Source: Octopus vulgaris (Eukaryota). From it: a stretch of DNA of 64,000 nucleotides. Under the pieces are notes generated by a model. The model had not been told where the DNA came from. It searched no databases and was given only the letters and a program-made list of their open reading frames with translations. This document shows, piece by piece, positions 41,573-55,646 of this stretch (its first letter is position 1; the number at the start of each line of letters is the position of its first letter). The translations under genes and the position numbers were made by a program. The stretch spans positions 106,020,001 to 106,084,000 of the forward strand of contig OX597816.1 of NCBI GenBank assembly GCA_951406725.2. The letters are read 5' to 3'.

Positions 41573-42059
41573 TATAAAGAACTTTTATACTGGTGCGTTC
41601 CTAAAGGAGCATATATCAACTGAAAAATGTAAATAGAAATCTTAAAATGATGCCTAGATCAGGTGCCCTGCCTACTCCACCTTATTTACACCACTAACTA
41701 GGACTGTAGCACCATGTATATAGCCCTATAAATCATTAGCATTTTTAGACATGGACTTGTCCATTTAGATTAAAACCTTTTATTATTGAAATATTAGAGT
41801 TACTACTTTTTACGTCATTTGCCATTTCAAAATTTTGGTATTGTATTCAGTATTATAGATCCATTTTAGCTAATTTTACCAATTAGTTTCACATATGAGA
41901 GTTAGAAGATCCAATCACAGCATTCATCAGATGGACTGGTATGAAAAGTATGGTGATAACTCTCTGCTACTGAAGGTCAGGAAGTGTAACACCTGGCTTA
42001 TAAGCAGTATAAAAAACTAGAATGAAAAACCCATGGGGGACATTCATAGGGAATTCATC

Positions 42060-42740
42060 TAGAGTTATGTATGTCACTTGTCAAGATGAATAATTTTATA
42101 TTTCAGAATCTGTCTTCAAAAAGTTTTCTATGACTTCCTTTACAACTGGTATTAAAATATCCATTCCAACCCTATGTCATCCATTTCTTTTTTCAGTGAT
42201 AAAGATAAATTGTAAGTGGCTTTCATTCCTCCTTCAATATTAGTATGAGATTTCACTTGAGAAATTACGTTAAAGCTAGACATTTTCCAAGCCTTTCTGT
42301 GGCCTAAAAAATTGAAGGTTTTATTATTCTTATTGAAATGCATCCTGTGAAGGTGATCTTTCATCTTCAAAGACCTCATTGCATTATTTCCCATAATATT
42401 CACATATGTATTGTCTCATTAGTGAACAAAGGAATAAAGCCAAATTTCAAATATTCCTGCGAATATTGCCAACAGCTTTTCTTCTTAGCTTCAAGGGTTG
42501 ACATGCTGTAAAATTAATGAGCTTCTAATATAAATCCAAAATCTCTATAATATGAATATAATAAGTTGTGACGAACTTCCATTATAAAAACTATCATTAC
42601 ATTACAATACAATACTGATTTGAATTTTTTTTTCCCATTGGAATTGCTGTATTGCACAAAGAAACATGTGACACTTACAGCCATGAACAAACATGAAATA
42701 CGTTTGTCTAGTAGTAATTGACTGCAAGCTGACAAATGCC
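42060..42740 (-). mobile_element. hAT Charlie/Buster-type transposase 5' fragment
   Basis: QYSQEYLKFGFIP...NNAMRSLKMKDHLHRMH...KATYNLSL, resembling the ZBED5/Buster N-terminus. Confidence 0.65.
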
Positions 42741-43392
42741 TTGTAAAAGAACTTGTTCATATATTACTGTTCTACTGCTCTTCACCCCTTTCTGTATTGT
42801 CGGTCATCACCTACTTCCCCTAACTCATACATATCATTGATCACAACCAGGCTTTTGTCCACCATTCTCAACATCCACCTTACCAATCTTTACAGTCATC
42901 ACCTACTCTTTTCTACCTTCCCTCCAACATATTTATCATCCTTGCCTTTTTTGCCCCTACCCACAACATCTCACCTTGTGTGTATGTGTGTCTGTCTGTC
43001 CTTTACGAATGTATGTGTGAGTGTATATGTTTAAGATGTCAGAGTGACCCTTGAGGGTCTACCATGACACTTTATCATTGCTATGCTATCTCTACTTCCC
43101 ACTCCACACCAGTTTCTTCCATCCAGTCTTCTCCAATGTGAGCTGCCATATAACTTCTCTACAGTAAGAAAACTGTTGTTCTCTCACCTTCTTTCATACC
43201 TTGACCTCTCATCTTTTAGCATAAAATCACCTCCCTCAAGCTCTTCAGTGACCTCACAAGTTTTCATGCCAGTGCACTCTATAAAGTGGTTGAAATAAAG
43301 AAAGGCATCCAGTTACAGAAACCATGTCCAAACAGACTTAATAATACGATGCAGTCTTCAAACAGATTAGATCCTATCAAACTGTCCAACTC

Positions 43393-43600
43393 ATGGTGGT
43401 GGTGGTGGTGGCGGCAGCGGTGGCAGCAGCGGTGGCGGCAGCAGCAGTAATGGTGGCGGCGGCAGCAGCAGAGGCGGCAGCAGCAGAGGCGGCAGCAGCA
43501 GAGGCGGCAGCAGCAGAGGCGGCAGCAGCAGAGGCGGCAGCAGCAGAGGCGGCAGCAGAGGCGGTGGCGGCAGCAGTAAGGAGGAGGAGGAGGAGGAGGA
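43393..43600. repeat. GC-rich triplet/15-mer tandem repeat (GCAGAGGCGGCAGCA)n
   Basis: Direct inspection; follows an RTE-tail fragment. Confidence 0.85.
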
Positions 43601-43959
43601 CAATAATACACAAACTCACACATACATACACATATATGTATAAACTGAAGTGATGTACAGATTTTATATATTAAGAAAAAGGAGGTAGTCAGAATTTCAG
43701 TTAATCATCTTAGTGCTTTTATCTCTTTATAAGAGAATTGTGAATAATTCATTTACAAAAAATTCATGCCTTTTATATATATATATGTGTGTGTATGAGT
43801 TAGTTGAAAAAATCTGGAGTTGAATTGGGAAGAGAATATGCTTTGTTATTTTGAATCTATATGCATATGTATGTGTACATGTGTGTATGTATGCATATGT
43901 ATGTATGCGTGTATGTGTGTAAGTATGTATGTGAATAGTTGAAGACATGGTTAAATAGA

Positions 43960-44990
43960 GAGATCTTTGCAGACCCTCCAAGACTAATGAGATTGATACC
44001 TTTAGTGTTCCTCTTGAACACCTTCAGGAAAGACATGAGCAAGGAAAGCATCTGAGAGGACTGATGTTCTGGAAAGAATAGACAGAACAACTTTCACATT
44101 CTTCTTTCTGACCCAACAACCACCTCTATCTTTTGCACACCACCTCTCCTGTCTTTTAAAAAAGATAGGAGTCTTAAAAATCTCCTTGTTAGAAGCTTCA
44201 CATCTCCCAGCTCTGCACAACAAGGAACCTTTAAATGTACTCACCAACGATGTAACACATGCCCCTACATCAACAGTATTACCACCATCACAGGGCCCAA
44301 GAAGCAATATCATATAACACACCACTTCTGTTGCACTTGGGCGAATCTCAAATATTGCTTCATATGCAAACTTTGCGGTGCTCTTTACATTGGAGAAACA
44401 GGGCGATGCCTTGGGGATCATGTCAGACCAACCTGTCACCACCCACTTCAACACAGTGAATCATTACAGGTTTATTACAGATTTATCAGTGTGTGGCATG
44501 GTTTTGTACCACGGACCCCACTTCTCTAGGAAATGAAAGGAGCAACGTCTCATATTTGATCTTGGCACTATGTCCCCAACAGGTATGAATAAACGTTTTT
44601 CCTTTCATCCTTTCACCTCCTCTTGATTCTTTTTTATCTTTTCTAATCCTCCTTCCACACTCTCTCTCTCTCTCTCTCTGCAACATTTCCATATTTGCTT
44701 ACCTCTACTCTCACCATCATCTTTTTCCTTCACTTTTCTGCATACCCTCTCCTATAACTTCTGTTTCACGTTAGCAGCCTGTGTTATTCTGCATCCATTA
44801 TCAGTTGCAGCCAGTTTTCAAACTGAGAACATGTAAACTCTATTTGATTTGTTTCACTTCATCTTCTCTTTTTCTCTGTCCCCTGATGAAGGATTGAATC
44901 CAAAACATTGGATATTCCACTCCTCACAGCAAGTTCACTATACCCCTTTCACTTTTTTCTATATTTTTTCATGACTTGCTAACGCAGAGC
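43960..44990 (+). mobile_element. Penelope-like element 3' part (Neptune-type GIY-YIG endonuclease plus 3' pLTR)
   Basis: Frame not in the ORF track: PPLLSFKKDRSLKNLLVRS...GTFKCTHQRCNTCPYI...FCCTWANLKYCFICKLCGALYIGETGRCLGD ... PVTTHFN ... KEQRLIFDLGTMSPTGMN; pyrimidine-rich 3' region with an HHR. Confidence 0.88.
44881..44911 (+). ncRNA. Decayed PLE hammerhead
   Basis: CC-CTGATGA-A-GGAT-TGA-ATCC-AAAA-CA-TT-GG; two CpG transitions away from CCGAAACGTTGG. Confidence 0.65.
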
Positions 44991-46598
44991 TACTAGATTA
45001 TTGCCTGATCATATATATATATATATATATAGGCATTATGTGTGTGTGTGAGTGCATGTGTGTGTGTGTGAGTGCATGTGTGTGTGTGAGTGCATGTGTG
45101 TGTGAGTGCATGTGTGTGTGTGTGTGTGCGTGCAAGCTGAATTACCTGGTAATATCTGGAAAAGTGGGGGTTATTTCCAGTTCCCGTTCCCATTACACTG
45201 TTTCATGTCCTATCTCAATCCCTGTTCAGTCCCTGTTTAAATTACAAATAGATTTACAAATACACAGTAATGTGGGATAGATTTACAAATACTGGCAAGT
45301 AATACAGTTGAATCATAAAATTGATTGATTGTAATGGTAAAGTAATATCAGATGGTTGGAAGGTTGAGAGGTTTGATGATGTGTGACTATGAAGCAATTG
45401 ATTGATGGTTGATTATAATCAATTTTGAGAGTCTTCCCTGTTGCTGTCACATATTGTGAAATTTTAAAATTACATCAAAATTTTCAAATTCGACATACTG
45501 AAATAATTTTCCATGTTAAATTCGATTTTGTTATTTATTTGTTCCAGAAAAATTGCAGTAAAATGTTACTGGGGTTTAAAGTTTAATCAATTTTACCTAA
45601 TTAGAAAACAGGATTTGGAAGCTGGCATTTTCTGTAAGATAGCTGTCTATCACAAAATGAAAGCAAAATTGTTAGGAGGAATAATTTTAATTAAACAAAT
45701 GAAAGCAAAGCATAATGATGACCAAAGTTGTAAGAACTTCTGAAGTTTTAATAAGTTTTAATGAATAAAGTCATGTGAGGTGGTCAAACAAACATGTAAA
45801 TAATTTAAAAGGGAAAAAGATCATCAAGAACATTTTTTTTTTGCAGAAAATTGCACAAATCTGTCTTGATCAAGAGGCTTATCTGTCGGGGAAGGTATGG
45901 TCTGACATGGAATAAGCAAAAATTTATATAAGACATTCTATTGTAAAAATTGCCTGACAACAACTAGCTATTTATTTATGGAAGAAAATGAGAGACATTA
46001 TTTAAAGTTTTATTGTTTCAGTACAGTGGTAAAGTTTTAATAAATCTTAATATGGTAATTTGAAAACAAATATAAAAACACTTTACCCTTCACTTGTTAG
46101 TTTTACATCTGTTGTTGGACATATTGTAAAAGTTTTGACTGAGCATATGATAGTTAATTCCCTAAAGCGAATGCGTTAAGTGATAGGTAAAAATTAAAGA
46201 ACAAAGTATTAAAATTCACTGTTCCTTTCAGTAAACACATCCTCTCTCTCCCGCTCTGTCCCTGTCTCCCGTTCTCTCTCCCTCTCTCTCTCTCTCTCTA
46301 TTTCTCTCTCTTACATTTCCTGTCTCTCTGTTTCTTCCTGTCCCCTCTCCTTCCCTGATATCAGCCACCCTCATTACACCACCATATTTCCCTCAACCTA
46401 ACACTCTTTGCACCTTTCACATTTTATCATATAATAGCCCAACCCCCATAGGGAGCCCATTACCGATATTTATTGAAATCCAATTAGCCTATAATTGAAC
46501 TGGGTGTTAGTTTAACATTTATGCAATGTTTCTTGAGGTAGGAAGTTCGCTGGTGTAGGCAGCAAAATGATAACAAACAGACAAAAATTGTCATTTAC

Positions 46599-46631
<33 letters not shown>

Positions 46632-46671
46632 TGTATGTATGTATGTATGTATGTATGTATGTATGTATGTA

Positions 46672-46702
<31 letters not shown>

Positions 46703-46848
46703 GTATGTGTGTGTGTATGTATCAGTTGAATAAAGTTAAGACATGGTCTGGTTTTCATGTTTTTATTATGGTATTTTAACATTAAAAAAAGATATATTTT
46801 GTAATGCTCATAAAGTTAAATTAGCACTTTCATACATAGAATAATCAT

Positions 46849-47038
46849 CAGATTTCAATTGTGTTTAACTCACAGTTGAGTTCTCAACAACTTTAGTACC
46901 TAAGAGGTACTAAAGTTGTCGAGAACTCAACTGTCAGTTAAATACAATTGAAATCTGCATGTGGATTGGTCAAAACCATATTTTAAAAATACAGCTTGTT
47001 GAATTTTTAAAATATGGTTTTGACCAATCCACATGCAG
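46849..47038. repeat. Two abutting hairpins (53-bp arms with 3-nt loop; 36-bp perfect arms with 12-nt loop)
   Basis: 46849-46901/46905-46957 and 46955-46990/47003-47038. Confidence 0.93.
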
Positions 47039-47099
47039 CTTAAGCATCATGGTTTTCCAGACATACCGATATTCTGTAATTTGTTTATATTGACCACTG

Positions 47100-47815
47100 C
47101 ATCATGAAGAAACTCAATTATTTAGTCTCAAAACATTATGACTCACTCACTTCTAATGAAAGGGACTTTATTACAAATTTTGAGTCGAAATCCAGCAGCT
47201 TCTATGGTTTACCCAAGATACATAAGTCAGAAGAAATACAGAACGCTATAAAGGAACAAGGTTGTGAATACATAAAACTACTACAACCAAAAGGCCTTAA
47301 ACTAAGACTCATCATAGTTGGTCCAGCCTGTCCAACACATCGCCTGAGCAACCTCATTGACATTATTCTAAAACCACTATGTAGTCACATATCTTGTTTC
47401 ATTTCGGATGACATCAATTTCCTGTCACATCTGCCCAAAATGGCAGAATCTCATTCACCATTAGTTAGTTTTGATGTAACAAACTTGCATACAAACATTC
47501 CACATGATTTGGGACTTACTGCCATAAAATATTGGGTTGAGATACACAGAAAAGCAATCCCCAGTAGATTTACTGTAACCTTCATACTAGATGCAGTCAG
47601 CCTCATCCTCAAAAACAATACATTCCTTTTCAACAGTAAAAAGCTACCTCCAGATTCGAGGCACAGCTATGGGGATACAATCTCATTATTAGGATACTTG
47701 GACAAAACCTATATAAAAAATATTGAAGAGAACTACAGCATGACCATTAAAAGACATATACAGTACACATGGAAAAGATATCTCAATGATTGTTTCTAAT
47801 TTGGACCATATGCTG
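47100..47815 (+). mobile_element. Penelope-like RT fragment
   Basis: FYGLPKIHK...LRLII.GPACPTHRLS...LVSFDVTNLHTNIPH...LILKNNTFLFN...WKRYLNDCF (degenerate YIDD), frameshifted. Confidence 0.9.
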
Positions 47816-48844
47816 TATCATTAGCTAGATATGTTAGACTATACCCCAAGTAAATTTTTATGTGGATTTCAAATTTTCTGAGGGCCGTTTCATGACATCT
47901 TTCCTTATTTGATAAACTTGAGAAGTTGTACTAAATAATAAATTTTTAGGTATGTATTTTATTTGTTTGACTTCACCTAGATTAGAAGACAAAATGCAAA
48001 ATCTGATCATAGTTTTAATAAATGACATTTCTCTTTAGATTGAGCACCATAAGGGAGCTTCTGGGTATTCACTTAACTGGTAGAAATAACAGCTAAATTG
48101 CCTCCATATGTCAACTTACTGTCTTAAAAAAGGAAGACATTGAATGTTATGGTCCTAGATGCTCTATATTCAGATGAACGATAGGATGGTCTCACCTGGA
48201 ACATCTTTGATTGTCAGTTTTCTCATTCAAGACTGATTGTGGGTAAACAATAAGTGGTAAACTCCCATTCTAGATATTTCATTTCAGGCTTTACTGTCTT
48301 CCTGAAAAGCATAACCATTATACAATCTCATTTCCTTTCCCACAATAAATCTGAGATTGTATACTCAAAAAATAAAATTTATATTCCTGAAAGTTAGCTT
48401 ACTAAACTGAAAAGCCAATTTTATTGAATAGGAATTTTAAAAGTTCATTATTTGGATTGTTTGAATAATTTGCTTTCTGTCCACTAATAAAATGTCTGTT
48501 ACAGGCATAAAGATTTTATATCTTTTCTATCTATTGCTTACTATATTGTCTGTTTCAATTTCTATGTGCCATGACTATCATTCCTATTTTCTAAGTTAAG
48601 TGAAAATTCAATACATCTGGGGAAAGAGATTGAGATGTATTGCTGAGTAACTCCTCACCAATTGGTCAAATGGCTTTCTTTTACAATGCATTTAGTGCTT
48701 TTGTACTGGTATCAGTAGCACAATCCTGAATGAAAAAGTAGTATTAGAGTGTAAAGAACCAGCATCAGTTTGGAGGTAAAACAGTTTCTGGTTCAGAAAA
48801 GGAAAACTAGTCTTTGAGACACAGTTTTTCTATATTGATTTCAA

Positions 48845-49068
48845 TATAGAGGAGGGAGTAAGTCAATTATGTCAACCCCAGTGATCAACCAGGACTTATT
48901 TTATCAACCCCAGAAGGATGAAAGGCAAATCTGACCTCGGCAGAATTTGAACTAGAATTTGAACACAAAGACAGATGAAATTTGATATAGAATTTGAACA
49001 CAAAGACAGATGAAATGCTGCTAAGCATTTTACCTGGTGTGCTAACGATTCTGTCAGCTCACCATGTT
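48845..49068 (-). mobile_element. Meta-like SINE, decayed, with a small internal duplication
   Basis: ACCCCAGAAGGATGAAAGGC...GACCTCGGCAGAATTTGAAC. Confidence 0.7.
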
Positions 49069-52000
49069 ACAGTTTTTCTGTATTAAATTGACAATACAAT
49101 CTGTCTTTTTCTACCTAAATTATAAATAAATATAACTATTAGAAGAAAGTGTACTGAGTTGCCAAAAGTAATAGAGTCTTGGACTAAAGGCTTTATTGTG
49201 TTTGACTACATCCCTCTATATTGATCATTCAAATCCTGCTAGAATTATGTTACTCAAATTAAAGGCATTCTTACTAAGTATTTCTAGATTTGTCCTGTAC
49301 TTGTTTTAACTGTATTGAAGCTAATAAGACACAACTAAGTAGCAATCATAATTCATTGGTGACTAAACCGGCCATGTTCTTTGAGATCTCTTGTTGCAAA
49401 ACTATTTCAGAGCAAGATGGAAACACTATGCTAACCATATGGTTCCATAGATCTAGGCCAACCAAAGCCTCATGCCTGGATTCAGTAAAAAAAGAACTGA
49501 TAAGAGTCCATCGTGTGTGTGTGTGTGTGTGTTTGTGACTGTGTTTTTGTGTGTATGTATGTGTGTGTGTGTTCATGCCTGTGTGGTGTGTGTATGTATG
49601 TGTGTGTATGTGTTTGTGTTTGTGTTTGCGTGCGTGTGTGTGTGCATGTGTGTGTGTGTGTGTGTGATATCCTGTAATGGTTGTAAACAAATGTTTACAA
49701 CCATTATGTGATATCAAGACAATTTCCAGTCTCTCCATGAAAATCATGTGTTGCCATCAAAAATATTTCTTTGCTTGGAAACAGGTGAGAATTTGTGTCT
49801 AGAAGGGTATCTGGTATAGAAATCTGCCTCAACAAATCCTGTGTGACCAAGGCGAGCATGAAAAGTAGAAGCAAAAACAGTGGTGGTGGAAGAAGCATCA
49901 GTGTCAGGAGAGGAAGTGGTAGCTGTAGCGGTGGCAGTGGTGGTGGTGGTTTTGGTGTTGGTAATGACAATGATGATGATGATGATGCTGTGTTTTGAGC
50001 TCAAAAGTCAACAAAACCTTTGTTAAAAATACATAGATGCATATGTATGCATATTAGTGTGATTGCATATTACTCTGTTCCAATTTGTTTTGCTTTGCTT
50101 GGTTTCTGTTTTGTGATATGCATAACATGTATAAAATCAATTAAAAATAGTTACTCAGTCACTGAAGATTACTTGGTAAGTTACAAAACTCAAATTTAAG
50201 TCTGGGTATGTATTATGTCTGTTTTTTGTTAATCACATTTTTGAGAGTGTGAAGATAATTTCTTTATCACAATTTATTTTTTTCATGAGATCTGAAAAAT
50301 AAATTTGAAAAACTAACAAATAATGACATGGTTAATCTGTTTTATATTTATTCAATGTTTTGATAATTCAATTACATACACAATTCAGTCCGTTAAATTT
50401 CATCAGTCTAATTTTGAAATATATACTAAGAAGAATTATGATTATATAGCTATGAGCAAAAATCAGATAAGTCTTATTTTGATAGTATTTAGTTCAAAAA
50501 TATATTAGATATAGTCAGTGTAACTACAGAAATTAGATATGTTTATAGTGAAAACAAATAAAATTATAAAGAATATGTATACTTATTTTGATTCTTGTTC
50601 TTTTTTCTTTTTGGCTTACAAGATATGGCAGTTCATCAGAGTTCATCAGTACAAAGTAATTCAAAATGAATGGTACTATGCAATCCATTTAGTTGTTGCT
50701 CCAGTTGGAAGAAAAGGTACCTGACTTCATTATGCAGCAAGATGGGGTCCTATCACACACAATTACTTCAGCTAGCATCTTCCAGAACCCTGGACTGCCA
50801 TGCTGAGAGTTGTGAATCACCTTGTATAAACACACACATGTATGCATGTGTATGTGTGTGTGAGTATTCACAACTATATTGATATGCTCATTTGTGTACA
50901 TGCGACTACACATATACATGTGCATATGGGTGTCTATATGATTATGTATATATGTGTGTGCATGTGAGTATTTGCAGTATATCAGTGTTATGCATAAACT
51001 AGCATATTTACACTTATTTTTCTACAACCTCTATGATAATGAAAATGTATATATGACATGTATCTAGAAACTTAAAAAGACATGATGCATGTATCATATG
51101 TGTGTACATTTATCCATGCACTTGGAATAAATATTTTCTTCTGATTTGTAAATTCACTGAAAGTGCATTACTAATGAAATAAAATGCAGTAATCAATGCA
51201 TGACTATAAAATGCTTATTTTATTGGGTTGGCAAAAAAAGTGAATGAATTTAGAGAATATGTCATTGGTAAGGTTAGAGCTGGGATGTTTTAAATATGTG
51301 CACAGATGCCAGGCACACTTAATTGTGTACATGCCTTTCTGCAAATGTACACAATAAATGGATAAATAAATGGACAAATATATCGGTAAGTCAAGAGAGA
51401 AAGAATGAGTAAGTAAAAGAGTTAGAGAGGAGAGGGAGACAAAAAATGAGTAAGTAAAAGAGGGAAAGAGGAGGGAAAGAAAATGATTATCATATAGAGA
51501 GATAGTAGTGAATGCCTTAAATTAGAGCCCTTTTCAAGTTACATGGGTTAACATATTATCTTAGCAATGACATTGATTAATGAAAACAACCAGCAACCAT
51601 TAAATGGTAGTGTACAGCATATCTGTCATAGTTGGGTTGCAAATGTGGCAGTAACAGGAGTGTTGTTGCATTCTGTGATAGCCATTCAATGATAATATAT
51701 ATTTTTTTAAATAATGTTCTTTCTTCAAGACCTGGAATTTGAACAAACAATGATTGATCCCTATTCCTGTTACTCAGACTTTCCAATAACTATGCTTTTC
51801 CTATTTCCATAATAATTTCCAGATGGTTTCTAAACCCACATTTTTGTTACCAACTAATTCATATTTCATTGGCTTATGTAAATTTCTAAAAAAAAAAAAT
51901 CCATCTAGTCCTCTATGATGTCTCTCAATAGCCAAAGGGTTACAATTATTTATAGCAGAAATTTTAATCTTTTAATACGAAGACTAAAATGTAATTTGAT

Positions 52001-53683
52001 GTTACTGTCAATCTACATTTTGGATTACACTTTGTTTACTATGAATCAAATAAAAACTTACATTACATACACAAGCACTCTAATTATCTTAAGTCTATTA
52101 TAGATAATCCCATCGAAATATTTCATTAAGAATATCTAAATTATCAGCAAATAAGCAAATGTTCAATAATAGTGTTTGAAATTATAATGAAGCACTGAAA
52201 AGAAGTTGATTTTACGAAAAAGTAGAGTATATTCCTTCCAATGAACAAGGAAACTATACCAGAAAGATAGACACTTCCCAAAAATTAAAGAATAATGCAA
52301 AGAAATTCTACCCTTATTCTAATTGATTTCCAAAGCAAAGCTATTATACTGGAAAATAATTAAAAGGTAATAAACATAATATTAAGCCTGCAATCAGTAA
52401 AATTTTTAACAGCCATTGAAGTATAATAGACACAAAAAGTATTATGATTAAAGACTATGGCAATGATCAAAGGAAAGTGGTTAATATAAATAATTCTAGA
52501 AGACAAACATAAATATTGGAAGGAACAAGTACTAGAACTACAAGTAGAGACTGCAACTAGAAAAAAAAAACATGTATAAAGTAGTTAATATTAATAATTC
52601 TATGTCTATCCATTAATAAATGGAACTCTACTAGATTTCACATCTATAACAAGGTAAAACAAATGATAACCACAAAGACAAATAAAGAGCTATAACCTAC
52701 AGAGACTTCTAATACAAGCACTAACAATGGAGTTATACCTGGAGTTAAAGACTGCAATAATGAAAAACATTTAAGTTATGTTTCGGATTACTTTACTTCT
52801 GGCTGTAGCATCAATGAACACTACACTTCAGAATTTGTTTTTGTCACCATTTTCTTGTCCAGTTCTTTTTTTATTTATCATTCTTTTTCTCTTTATTTCA
52901 ATTCTATTCCAGAATTTGTTTCAGGACATGTGATACACTTCATTGGCATTATTGCTGATGATGGTTTCAAATTTTCTTCTGGCTCCTTTTCTAGCACAAT
53001 CTGATCACATTGATTGTATCTAGAGAATTGTATGTGGTAAATAAGATCCTGCACATTCTCCATTCAAGAAAATTTGGCATGTTAAAAGTAAATTTCAAAG
53101 TGTAATGTTCATCAATGCTACAAATGATGGTGTCTGATACTTTTGAAAGCTTTTGATACAAATGTTATTTTTGCTTGTTTTTGTTTTTGCTTTTTTGTTC
53201 TCAGTTTTTATAAAATGTTCTTTCCAAGACCTAGTGAAAATGATCAAAACATATTTAGGTGCCATCCAGAATAGTTTCAAGTATTAATTTGTGTCCTGCA
53301 GAAAATTCTCTGATAGCTTAAAGTACAGTCAGCCATCGCTTGCAAACAGAAATCATCTTGACCTCTTCAACCTTTACTCACTGGAACATCCAGGGAGTGA
53401 GTGCTGAAGAGAGAGTGGGCTGCACCAGCACCCAACCAGTACTCATTGCAATTGAGTAATCAGGAATAATATGAAATAAAGTACCTTTCTCAAGAACACC
53501 TTGCACCACCTGATCAATGAATTGAACTTGTGATCTTATGGGCATTAGCTGAACATCCTAGCCACTAGGCATGTACTTCATCTGATGACTTAAATTTTCG
53601 TATTATGTGTGTGTGTTTCTATGCATGTATGTATATAAATATAGATAGATATAGATATATACACACACACGTGCATGCACATA

Positions 53684-54891
53684 CAGTGTCCTCCCAAAAT
53701 ATATATATATACATATTGAATGATTATAATGACAATGTTTATTAAGATAGATTTCTTTTTCAAAATTTGACAGAATCTACAGACAGAAATTACTTTTTTT
53801 TTATAAATGCATGTTTTCAAATTTATGACCATTCTGATCCAGATACAACTGATAACACAAAGCAATCAACTCACAAACATCAAGAAAGATTTCACTTGGT
53901 TTTGTGCACATTCGCATTAAATAGCTGCTCTCAATTCATTGGCTGTTACCAGTTTTGTTTATCATATATCCCTATAAATAGAGTCTAGCAGTGTGAGATG
54001 TGAACCTATCTAGCAAAACCTCATAAAGGTAGGCATTTACATTACTATGGTAGTATGGGGCTCTACCATCTTGCAGGAAATAAAACTCCACAACTTATTT
54101 TGAATCCTTGGCATGACAGATTGTCACAGTGAGTTCAAGTAAATGAGATTGGTCTCAGTACTGTCAAAAAAGAATGGTCCAATTTATCCTTTTGATAATA
54201 AGCTGCACCATACTGTAACTCCTGGTAAATTAATTGGTGTTCCTTTGTATCTGTCAAAATCACACTGACTAGTCCCCAGTAGGTGTGATTGTGTTGGATA
54301 ACAAGCCATTTAACTTACATGTAGCATCATCACTCCACCTAATCTCTGATAGAAAGAAGTGTATATTTTCTACACATCTTGCCAAGTACAACTCATAAGA
54401 CTTCACTCTTTGGTCTGGATAATCTTCATAGAGGGCATTGACTTTCCTTGGAATGTCATTTTTCCAATGACAGCACTTCAAAATTAAATGGGCACTTTAC
54501 ATTGAAATTCTTATCACATGACTTACTTGCCTCACAGATTTTCTTAAATTCTAGCAGTAAATTTTAGTACCCATTTTAACTTCGTGGAGCTCATTGCTGT
54601 CTGCAATTTTGTGGAACTCTTCTTGTGGACACTCTGAACAGTTTTCTCTGCTTCGAACTTATCTCTAATTTGAGTGATGGTAAATCATGTACGTGGATCT
54701 GTTTAAAGCACAATGCTAAACTCTCTTTCCACTTAAACTACATTTTCAAACTGCCAGTAACAAATTGGGATAAATATCCTTTGTTCAAATGGTTCCTTTC
54801 ATTATTTTTAATGGATTAGGTCTAAAAAGAAATGAAAATTCAATACATTATCAGCTGTTAAAGTGTGTAACCATCTTTTGGGGACACACTA
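53684..54891 (-). mobile_element. Decayed Tc1/mariner element (rosa/DD41D-like)
   Basis: Ends TA-CAGTGTCCTCCCAAAA ... TTTTGGGGACACACTA-TA; IRWSDDATCKLNG and FLQDG motifs on the minus strand. Confidence 0.65.
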
Positions 54892-54916
54892 TATACTGAA
54901 TATGTCAATATACATG

Positions 54917-54957
<41 letters not shown>

Positions 54958-54978
54958 TACATACAAGCAAACATGCTC

Positions 54979-55011
<33 letters not shown>

Positions 55012-55264
55012 TGTATGTATGTATGTATGTATGTATGTATATATGTATGTATGTATCAAACAGTCCCAGTCAACTTAATCTTCAAAACAAATTAGTCTCT
55101 ACTTTCAGTTTAGAACCAACTGATCAGTAAATGTTCTTTAATTATTCTGAAACATGCTTCAAAATAGTAACCTTATTTTAACACACACACACATGCACAC
55201 ATGCACGCACGCACACACACACACATACACACACTCACACATATATAAATACATACATACTTAC

Positions 55265-55404
55265 ATTATTCTTATACAAGAGTATTGTTGAGAGTGACTT
55301 CAAAATTTCAGCCAGCTAAGCCGTCATTGGACAGCACTCTAATGATGACTTAGCTGGCTGAAACTTCGAAATCACTATCAAAAATATTCTTGTATAAGAA
55401 TAAT
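55265..55404. repeat. Palindrome (67-bp arms, 6-nt spacer) made of two decayed back-to-back HHRs
   Basis: Arm consensus CYAATGA-C-GGC-TTAGCTG-GCT-GAAA-CTTCGAAG-TC; palindromic stem III ACTTCGAAGT. Confidence 0.75.
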
Positions 55405-55491
55405 ATATTTGTACCCTACAAAAGTAGAGAGTAACTCATCAAATTAATGTAAGATTTGTTTCTTTTATAACTGAACATAAAAGCAAACATA

Positions 55492-55547
<56 letters not shown>

Positions 55548-55613
55548 CATATACATATATATATTCCACCTGCCTTCATCTTTTGTTTATTTTCATAAAG
55601 CTTCCCGTTATAA

Positions 55614-55646
<33 letters not shown>

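Noticed and set aside
43377-43653. Poly-Ala/EAAAA antifreeze-like ORF
   Set aside because: Simple repeat attached to a retroposon tail; no gene context
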